From positions 1,050,001 through 1,082,000 of the forward strand of contig JANQNC010000001.1 in NCBI GenBank assembly GCA_028279745.1: 32,000 bases of DNA, read 5' to 3'. Shown here one piece after another: positions 25,901-32,000 of the stretch. How positions within the stretch are numbered: the first letter of the stretch is position 1; every line of letters begins with the position of its first letter. Below the pieces are notes generated by a model, which saw only the letters and a program-made list of their open reading frames with translations, searched no databases and was not told the origin of the DNA. Made by a program: the position numbers and the translations under genes. The DNA comes from Candidatus Nanoarchaeia archaeon. GTDB lineage: Archaea > Nanobdellota > Nanobdellia > Woesearchaeales > JANQNC01.

Positions 25901-27571
25901 ATGAACAAGACACTAATCACAATATTGATGCTTTTGGTAGTTCCTTTAGCATCAGCAATCTATGTAGAGAATACAGACACAAACTCAAGCTTTAATGCTA
26001 CTTTGCCTGTAAGTGTAGTTGTATGGGCAGATGCAGGAGCATTAACAGACGTAAATGTAACACTGACCTCTGATGCTAACACAGTAATATCAGGATCACC
26101 AGACCAAGTTGGAAACGTAGCAAACGGTGGATTTGGGATAGCAACATTTGATCTACAAAGCGATGTTGCAGGAAGCCACGCAGTAACAGCAAACGTCTCT
26201 TATGTTGGAGGAGACTACTTACACAACTTTACATTCGATGTAGCAGCAGCTGCAACAGAACCAGACTTTGAACTGGTTGTGGAGAACCCAGTAAATGTAG
26301 AGATAAACAAAAATTTCAATATTGTTGTAAACGTAACAAATAACGGAACCGCAACAGAAACAGGAATACAAGTATCAATCGTACTTCCAGCAGGAGCAAC
26401 AACAAGTTACTCTGGTGGAACTTTCAGCTTAACTCCTGGACAGACAAGATCAGAAACACTAATCGTTAATTCCTCAACAACAGGAGACAAAAGTTTCACT
26501 GTAAAAGCAGATGGAGCAACACAATACGCAGAACAGACGCTAGATATCATGACAACAGACGCATCAGCTCCGGATCTAGAATTAAAAACACTAACCGCAA
26601 CAAATACTGTTGAAAACCAAGCAGCAACAATTACAACAAATCTAAATAACAACGGGATTGATTCAGAGCTAGCAGTAGTCAAGCTATATGTTGATAATGT
26701 TTTAGCAGACACACAAAATGTTAACATAAACGGTGGAACAACACAAGAGATCAATTTCACACATACCTTCACATCAGAAGGAACAAAAACAGTCAATGTA
26801 ACAGTTGACGTCGTAAGTGGAGAGACAGACACAACAAACAACAACGTTCAGACAACATTCTCAGTCACAAAACAGTCCTCTGGAGGTTCAGGCGGGAGTT
26901 CGGGAAGTGGGAGAAGATCATCAGGAAGTGGTGGCGGAATCATAACTGGCACAATAACCAAAGCAGTAACTTTTGATGCAGGAGAGACAAGACAAGTATT
27001 AGGAACGGATAACGCAGTCTCATTCAGATACAAGGGCGTAGAACACAAAGTTACAGTTCTTACAGTAAGAACAGACAGTGTAGAACTTAAAGTAGAATCA
27101 GAAACAACACTAATGAACTTAAGTGTTGATGAGACAAAAACTGCACCATTAGATGGCATTGAAGGAGATGATCTTGCAGTAACACTAAACGCAATAACCT
27201 TTGGAAAAGCAGATCTTACATTTGAGCTAATCCAACAACAGATCGATATAAGCGACAGCAACATAATCGACGATACAGCAGATAACGCTGTTGGTGATGC
27301 TGACGACAAAAAACCAAGTGTAATAGACTTCGCAGGACTAAGAATCTTAGATCTTGACAAGAAAGGAAGAGGAGTCTTGATTGCAGTAATTGTAGCGTTA
27401 TCAGTTCTTTTAGCAGCAGCAATCGTTTTAATCGTACTGTTCGGCACAGGAAAAATAGAAGTTGACGAGAAAAAAGCAAAAGCAGCAAAGCGGAAGAAGA
27501 TGAGAGCGAAGATCAAAAAGATGGAAGAAGAGATCGAGCAGACTAAGAAAAACATAAGAAAAGTGAGATAA
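25901..27571 (+). CDS. CARDB-repeat surface protein with C-terminal TM anchor and basic tail
   Basis: Signal peptide LITILMLLVVPLASA. CARDB-like NVTNNGTATETGIQV and SGETDTTNNNV. Gly/Ser linker SSGGSGGSSGSGRRSSGSGGG. TM helix VLIAVIVALSVLLAAAIVLIVLF followed by a K/R-rich tail. Confidence 0.7.
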   Translation: MNKTLITILMLLVVPLASAIYVENTDTNSSFNATLPVSVVVWADAGALTDVNVTLTSDANTVISGSPDQVGNVANGGFGIATFDLQSDVAGSHAVTANVSYVGGDYLHNFTFDVAAAATEPDFELVVENPVNVEINKNFNIVVNVTNNGTATETGIQVSIVLPAGATTSYSGGTFSLTPGQTRSETLIVNSSTTGDKSFTVKADGATQYAEQTLDIMTTDASAPDLELKTLTATNTVENQAATITTNLNNNGIDSELAVVKLYVDNVLADTQNVNINGGTTQEINFTHTFTSEGTKTVNVTVDVVSGETDTTNNNVQTTFSVTKQSSGGSGGSSGSGRRSSGSGGGIITGTITKAVTFDAGETRQVLGTDNAVSFRYKGVEHKVTVLTVRTDSVELKVESETTLMNLSVDETKTAPLDGIEGDDLAVTLNAITFGKADLTFELIQQQIDISDSNIIDDTADNAVGDADDKKPSVIDFAGLRILDLDKKGRGVLIAVIVALSVLLAAAIVLIVLFGTGKIEVDEKKAKAAKRKKMRAKIKKMEEEIEQTKKNIRKVR

Positions 27572-27575
27572 TCAC

Positions 27576-27595
27576 TTTTTTATTTCTATTTTTTT
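27576..27595 (+). terminator. oligo-T terminator of the surface operon
   Basis: T6 (27576-27581) and T7 (27589-27595) lie directly after the stop codon. Confidence 0.45.
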
Positions 27596-27633
27596 ACAAA
27601 ACATTTTTAATCTTAAGACCATTCCTTAATATT

Positions 27634-28068
27634 ATGGTATTCGAGTTTATCAAAAAATTCACAGAAGAAGATATAGGGAAGATTGTGAAAATTCACAAAT
27701 CATACTATCTTATTAATGAAGAGTTAAGTTCTGTAATGGAAGCTATTAAGGAAGATGTACAGTCTGCAGGCGTTTATCTTGGAGAGGATGAAAAACCTTC
27801 ATTAGCTCTATTACAAATATTGGCTTCTAAGACAGATAAAAAGATAGAAGTGGATGAAAAAGGAGCATTCTTGTTTACATGCGGCAGAGATCTGTTGGGA
27901 AAGGCTGTTAGGAAAACTAAGATTAAGAAAGGATTAGTTCTAGTACAAAACTTTAGGGGAGAAAACTTGGGTTATGGCAAAATAATTGGAGACTTGAGAG
28001 AGAAAGACAAGATTGTTGTTAAGAATATGATTGATAACGGAGATTTCTTAAGACGGGAGAAAAATTAA
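27634..28068 (+). CDS. Nip7-like PUA-domain protein (UPF0113 family)
   Basis: The C-terminal LVLVQNFRGENLGYGKIIG...VVKNMIDNGDFLRRE resembles the Nip7/UPF0113 PUA signature (…LG.G…D.G.YLR.E). Leaderless, with AAAACATTTTTAAT 23 nt upstream. Confidence 0.5.
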   Translation: MVFEFIKKFTEEDIGKIVKIHKSYYLINEELSSVMEAIKEDVQSAGVYLGEDEKPSLALLQILASKTDKKIEVDEKGAFLFTCGRDLLGKAVRKTKIKKGLVLVQNFRGENLGYGKIIGDLREKDKIVVKNMIDNGDFLRREKN

Positions 28069-28244
28069 ACTCTTCTGACTCTGACAACACCTTTACTTCT
28101 GAAAGAAAAAATAAAGTTCATCCCAATTATGAACAAAATAATTCCTATGAATGACTTTAGAAACAGTTTTAGGAAATCTATCATTAACAAGATGCCAACA
28201 ATAACAAGTATGATTCCAATCACTGCAAAAATTATTCGTTTCAT
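28065..28244 (-). CDS. 59-aa two-TM membrane protein (below the ORF-track cutoff)
   Basis: Its ATG overlaps the TGA of the upstream coiled-coil gene (ATGA). Product is MKRIIFAVIGIILVIVGILLMIDFLKLFLKSFIGIILFIIGMNFIFSFRSKGVVRVRRV. Confidence 0.45.
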   Translation of the reverse strand: MKRIIFAVIGIILVIVGILLMIDFLKLFLKSFIGIILFIIGMNFIFSFRSKGVVRVRRV

Positions 28245-29488
28245 AGTAAGATAGTCACCTTAACATTAGTTTGAGCTCGGATCTTTTCAGATAGCTCTTC
28301 AAGTTGGTTGTCTGTATTGATCAAGTTAAGATCATGAGTCTTGTTCTCAAGCTTAACCTTGGATTTGTCTAACTGATCTTTAGAATGTTTCATCATAGAA
28401 ACAATATCGTTATGAGCATAAACAGTATCATTTGATTTTAACTCTCTCTTTAACTGCTCATTTGCTTCTTTAAGATGGAAATAACTCATCTTAAAGTTAT
28501 CGAGCTTTTCCTTAGTGATCTCATTGATCTTCTTCATAACTTTATCGTCATCTTTTAGTTCTATCTCTTTTTTCAGGATTGCAATCCTAACTTCTCTAAG
28601 AACCTCTAATATCCTGAATGATGTGTCAAATAAAAGACCGTTTAATGGATCATTATATCGTGTAAGGATGTCAACGTTAGATTCTGCAACCTTTTCAAAC
28701 TTTCTGAATGCCCTGCTCAAAGGAGAGAACATCTGAGTAACTTGGAAATCAATATTTTTCAGAGCTTCTTCGTTCTTAGCTATCTTGTCTTTAGTCTCCT
28801 GGATCTTTTTGAAGCCAGCAGTGCCTTCTAAAGTTTCCAATTCTTTTTGTCTTGTCAAAATTGAAGCTTCAGTCTCTTCAATCTTTGTTTTTACTTCTTC
28901 AATCTCTGAAGTGATCTTTAATTTTTTATCAAGCTCGTTTTGTAGAGACTCAATTAAAGAATCTGTTTCGGTTAGGAACTGTGCTTCTTTACTATTAAGA
29001 GATGAGTTGATGCTTTTTATGCTGTCTTCGATCTTCTTTAAGTCTTCAGCTACCTTGCCTGATTCTTCTGCAAAGAATTCCTGTAGAATATAGAAACTCT
29101 TTCTTGCAGATTTGTTAAGAATATTGAACGATTCTGTTGCTGATTCTGTGAATTGCTTAAGATTCTCGTTAGTTTCTGGAACGGTTAGGTTGTTTAGAAA
29201 CATGCTGACCTGTTTGATGTAGTTAGACCTGTTACCAGACATAAAATTCTTTAATTTTTCTTCAATGTTTTCGTTCTTAAGCTGAGCATTTTCAAGAATA
29301 ACCAGTTTTTCTTTTGCTGAAGATATAAGTGAGTTAAGCTCACTAACCCTTTCAGTTATGCTGGTCTTATCATCTTGAAGATTTGAAGAAGTTTTCTCAC
29401 TGAGCCAGCCTTTAAGTTCATTTAAGTGTAATTCTGCAGTCTCCTCCTCTTTAGAAAAAAGTTTTTGAATTAGTCCAAATATGCCCAT
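28241..29488 (-). CDS. 415-aa coiled-coil protein with N-terminal amphipathic helix, unknown function
   Basis: SD TGGGGG lies 7 nt upstream. N-terminus MGIFGLIQKLF. Long heptad-like E/K/L-rich stretches throughout. Confidence 0.6.
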   Translation of the reverse strand: MGIFGLIQKLFSKEEETAELHLNELKGWLSEKTSSNLQDDKTSITERVSELNSLISSAKEKLVILENAQLKNENIEEKLKNFMSGNRSNYIKQVSMFLNNLTVPETNENLKQFTESATESFNILNKSARKSFYILQEFFAEESGKVAEDLKKIEDSIKSINSSLNSKEAQFLTETDSLIESLQNELDKKLKITSEIEEVKTKIEETEASILTRQKELETLEGTAGFKKIQETKDKIAKNEEALKNIDFQVTQMFSPLSRAFRKFEKVAESNVDILTRYNDPLNGLLFDTSFRILEVLREVRIAILKKEIELKDDDKVMKKINEITKEKLDNFKMSYFHLKEANEQLKRELKSNDTVYAHNDIVSMMKHSKDQLDKSKVKLENKTHDLNLINTDNQLEELSEKIRAQTNVKVTILL

Positions 29489-29670
29489 ATGCCAACCCCC
29501 AGTTTAGCTATCTGATTTTTTTCTTTATCCATTCCTTGACCTTCTCGTGTAAAGGTAGCTCTCTTTCATAAATCTCTATTTTGATAATATCACTTCCTGT
29601 AACTGCTTTATCTTTGCTGATGTAGAAGAAGTATTAAAGCTTTTCTATGGCAAGTTTATCATTGATCGAG

Positions 29671-29791
29671 AAAAAAAAGGATGCTTTTTAGCTTCTGGGG
29701 GAAGAAGCTCAGCACCTCTAAAATCACTTATTTCGGGGGTTTGAGGGGTTTCGAGGGGGGAAGAAAACTCAAACCCTAAAAATAAGCATCA
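29671..29791 (-). ncRNA. candidate structured C-rich small RNA or cis-regulatory leader
   Basis: BRE/TATA at 29817-29830 (minus). A 7+9-bp hairpin spans 29727-29786. A second hairpin AGCTTCT/AGAAGCT spans 29690-29709. T8 on the minus strand at 29671-29678. Confidence 0.3.
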
Positions 29792-29816
29792 CTTATTAGT
29801 GGTAAAGTATAGCTAC

Positions 29817-29830
29817 TATATAAAGGTTTC
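29817..29830 (-). promoter_or_regulatory. BRE/TATA promoter upstream of the candidate RNA
   Basis: Reverse strand reads GAAACCTTTATATA, close to the window consensus GAAACATTTATAAA. Confidence 0.4.
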
Positions 29831-29869
29831 GTTTTTGTTGTCACTTAGTAGTGGTTATAAATAGAAAGC

Positions 29870-29877
29870 TTTAAATA
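29870..29877 (+). promoter_or_regulatory. TATA box for 29899 gene (leaderless)
   Basis: TTTAAATA lies 22 nt upstream of the ATG. Confidence 0.45.
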
Positions 29878-29898
29878 TCAGTAAATAATGCCTTTATC

Positions 29899-30447
29899 AT
29901 GGGACTTATAAGCAAAGGATTTGGAGCCTTAGCAGTTGTATCTGCGGGGGCACAAGCAGGAATAACTGAAGATTTACAGGCGATATATGCATATGCGAGA
30001 ACTAATGGAAGCTTAAATTCTGATAAGACCTACAGCTTGACTGTGGGAGATTACAAAGTCAAATCTTCAGCAGGCAACACATGGGTAGAAAGAGATGTAG
30101 GAAACAAAGTTTACTACTTTTATGACCTGGGAAATAATGGATTGGATAGAGCTGTATTTGCAGAAAGCAAAGATAGAAAACCATTTCCGTCTCCTTTATT
30201 CTTTGACGATCTGAAAAAGAGTAAAATGATGCTTGATAGCTTGTTAACTGCAAGTAAACCAACTAAACCATCGACAAGAACAACAAGAAGAATTTATATG
30301 GTGCATCCAAACTCAACTTTGTGTTATAATTTTAAGAAGGGCACAAAAGAAAAATTGACGCCTAAAAAAAGAGAAGGGCTAAAACAGTTTTATGAATCTG
30401 AAATAAAGAGGATAAGACAGTTACTTTTAAAAAGAAGTAAGAACTAA
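29899..30447 (+). CDS. hypothetical secreted or anchored protein
   Basis: N-terminal hydrophobic stretch GFGALAVVSAGAQAG. No motif recognised. The pth2 start lies 8 nt downstream. Confidence 0.5.
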   Translation: MGLISKGFGALAVVSAGAQAGITEDLQAIYAYARTNGSLNSDKTYSLTVGDYKVKSSAGNTWVERDVGNKVYYFYDLGNNGLDRAVFAESKDRKPFPSPLFFDDLKKSKMMLDSLLTASKPTKPSTRTTRRIYMVHPNSTLCYNFKKGTKEKLTPKKREGLKQFYESEIKRIRQLLLKRSKN

Positions 30448-30455
30448 TTCTAATA

Positions 30456-30800
30456 ATGGCATACAAACAAGTGATAATAGTAAGACAAGACTTGAAATTA
30501 CCAAAAGGAAAGATGGCAACTCAGGCTGCACATGCTTCAGTAGATGCAGTTATGAAAACATCAAAAGACATAGTCCAAGCATGGAAACAAGAAGGTATGA
30601 AGAAGGTGGTAGTTAAAGTAAAAGATCTTTCTGAACTAGTTAGGTATGAGAATATTGCACGTGATGAGAAAGTTAAGTTTGCAATTATAACTGATGCGGG
30701 CAAGACAACGGTGGAGCCAGGCACAGTAACGTGTATGGCGATAGGGCCTGATGAAGAGGATAAGATAGACAAGGTGACGGGACAGTTGCCTTTGATGTAA
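30456..30800 (+). CDS. pth2: peptidyl-tRNA hydrolase, archaeal/eukaryotic type
   Basis: KQVIIVRQDLKLPKGKMATQAAHAS ... ITDAGKTTVEPGTVTCMAIGP is the classic Pth2 pattern. Confidence 0.9.
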   Translation: MAYKQVIIVRQDLKLPKGKMATQAAHASVDAVMKTSKDIVQAWKQEGMKKVVVKVKDLSELVRYENIARDEKVKFAIITDAGKTTVEPGTVTCMAIGPDEEDKIDKVTGQLPLM

Positions 30801-30913
30801 TTCTTATGTTTTTTGATTATTTTGGTGTTTAATGGTGTCAATTTGTAGTATAGGCACTCGCAGCGCTCGTGCTTTGTGATAAATGGGTCAAAATTTGCTT
30901 ATTTCGCCAGAAA

Positions 30914-30927
30914 GAAACATTTAAATA
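30914..30927 (+). promoter_or_regulatory. BRE/TATA promoter for the histone gene
   Basis: GAAACATTTAAATA. Confidence 0.5.
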
Positions 30928-30986
30928 CTAATTCTCACTAAAAGAGGTTTAATAAAGCTTATTAATCAAAAAGGAGGTTTATGATA

Positions 30987-31196
30987 ATGGCATCAAAAAA
31001 AATACTGCCTTTAGCAGCAATGGAAAAGGTGATGAAAGCATCTGGTGCAGATAGAGTTTCAGAGGAAGCAAAAGTTGCTCTAAAAGAAGTTCTGGAAGAC
31101 ATCGGTGGTGAGATAGCTGAAAGAGCTGTAACATTGGCAATGCACTCGGGAAGAAAAACGGTTAAGTCTGCAGATATTAAGTTAGCTGCTAAATAA
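30987..31196 (+). CDS. archaeal histone (HMf family)
   Basis: LPLAAMEKVMKASGADRVSEEAKVALKEVLEDIGGEIAERAVTLAMHSGRKTVKSADIKLA parallels HMfB. I prefer ATG 30987 (9 nt after GGAGG) over 30981. Confidence 0.9.
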   Translation: MASKKILPLAAMEKVMKASGADRVSEEAKVALKEVLEDIGGEIAERAVTLAMHSGRKTVKSADIKLAAK

Positions 31197-31229
31197 AATT
31201 TATTTTTTTTATCAAACTTTTTCTAAATT

Positions 31230-31499
31230 TTAGAATTTGATCTCAAAAGTCTTAGACTCAATAGGATTAATATCTTCAACATTGACACGAATGACTCTAG
31301 CATGAACTGGGCCTCGATGACAGTAATCAATCAGTTCAGTAATTTCTCGCTCGGTGCCTTGAGCAACAACCTCAACATCACCATTCTCTAAATTCTTAAC
31401 ATAACCTCTGACGGTTGTAGGAAGCAAATGCTTTCTGACGCCAGACCTAAAGAAAACACCCTGAACATCTCCTTGAACAGTAATCTTGACGGTTCTCAT
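31230..31499 (-). CDS. acyP: acylphosphatase
   Basis: VQGDVQGVFFRSGVRK and GYVKNLENGDVEVVAQG motifs. ATGA overlap with the upstream membrane-protein gene. Confidence 0.9.
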   Translation of the reverse strand: MRTVKITVQGDVQGVFFRSGVRKHLLPTTVRGYVKNLENGDVEVVAQGTEREITELIDYCHRGPVHARVIRVNVEDINPIESKTFEIKF

Positions 31500-32000
31500 T
31501 TTTTATATTTCTTGAATAGCCATTCCATGTACATAAAGAAGAATACTCCTGCAATTGCTCTAACTGTTGCGGGAACTGAAGCAGCAGGGCTAAGTACTGC
31601 TAAAGTTATAACCACGGAAAGGCTTCCGTTTTTTAGAGCAGAAAACAAAACAAAATCAGGACGTTCATGTCTATTCTTTATTGCGAAAAATGCAATGGTG
31701 GGAACAACAAAAACTGAAATCAAAGTCAGGATTATCAGATTGCTAAGTCCTGCAATATCAGTCAGAGAATCTCGGTTAACCGAAATGATTATGTAAAACA
31801 TAACCAAGAATAAAATGTTAATAAAAAGTTGAGAATGTTTTGCAATGTGATGTTTTCTTAACCACCTGGACAGTATGAATGGAATAAACAAAAGCAAGAT
31901 AAGATCTTTTGCAATGGTCATAACACTAACAAATTCTTTGGTTATCAAATAGATGCAAAGGGGAACAATAATTATCGCTAAAAAGTAAGATATAACTTCA
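31496..32000 (-). CDS. polytopic membrane protein (transporter-like), C-terminal part; open to the right edge
   Basis: The reading frame stays open beyond the track start (…EVISYFLAIIIVPLCIYLITKEF…). Several TM helices. Family not recognised. Confidence 0.5.
   Translation of the reverse strand, partial: EVISYFLAIIIVPLCIYLITKEFVSVMTIAKDLILLLFIPFILSRWLRKHHIAKHSQLFINILFLVMFYIIISVNRDSLTDIAGLSNLIILTLISVFVVPTIAFFAIKNRHERPDFVLFSALKNGSLSVVITLAVLSPAASVPATVRAIAGVFFFMYMEWLFKKYKK

Noticed and set aside
29530-29652. Minus-strand reading frame YFFYISKDKAVTGSDIIKIEIYERELPLHEKVKEWIKKKIR ending just upstream of the coiled-coil gene
   Set aside because: There is no in-frame ATG, GTG or TTG, and a stop lies immediately upstream. 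It could be a decayed gene remnant, but I cannot support it as a CDS or assign a family.
29700-29795. C/D-box sRNA reading of the candidate RNA (GUGAUGC near the 5' end, CUGA near 29712)
   Set aside because: The C box is imperfect. There are no credible C' or D' boxes. The C-to-D spacing of about 75 nt is longer than typical archaeal C/D sRNAs.
30851-30880. Local GC-rich patch GGCACTCGCAGCGCTCGTGC between pth2 and the histone gene
   Set aside because: It is only an imperfect palindrome (4+2 bp with mismatches). There is no promoter or T-tract framing and no tRNA-like features.

Overview
AT-rich chromosomal segment that reads as archaeal, most like a small-genome DPANN-type lineage. All homology calls are motif recognition by eye; no searches were run. 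The archaeal signals are a HMf-type histone, diphthine synthase, Pth2, AMP phosphorylase and a split transketolase. There is also a recurring AAACATTTAWAWA BRE/TATA element about 25 nt upstream of leaderless starts, and GGAGGTGAT-type Shine-Dalgarno sites 7-10 nt upstream of the other starts. Two tRNA genes each carry a bulge-helix-bulge intron in the T-loop. I support about 38 protein genes (central carbon metabolism: enolase fragment, tkt, ppsA, gap, AMP phosphorylase; housekeeping; envelope), 2 tRNAs, several promoters and oligo-T terminators. I found no CRISPR array and no mobile element. Points worth a second look, in window order: (1) a tandem pair of aromatic-free Cys-rich metallothionein-like genes, the second fused to a repetitive polyacidic tail; (2) the two non-canonical T-loop tRNA introns, each tRNA followed 14-19 nt later by a CDS; (3) a fully intact bacterial-type class A PBP (GT51 plus transpeptidase) expressed from an archaeal leaderless promoter; (4) a tightly packed three-gene secreted or surface operon at 20530-27571, whose first product has a beta-barrel-like C-terminal domain; (5) a coiled-coil protein translationally coupled to a 59-aa membrane protein; (6) a promoter-to-oligo-T unit on the minus strand at about 29671-29791 encoding a C-rich structured RNA with competing helices.
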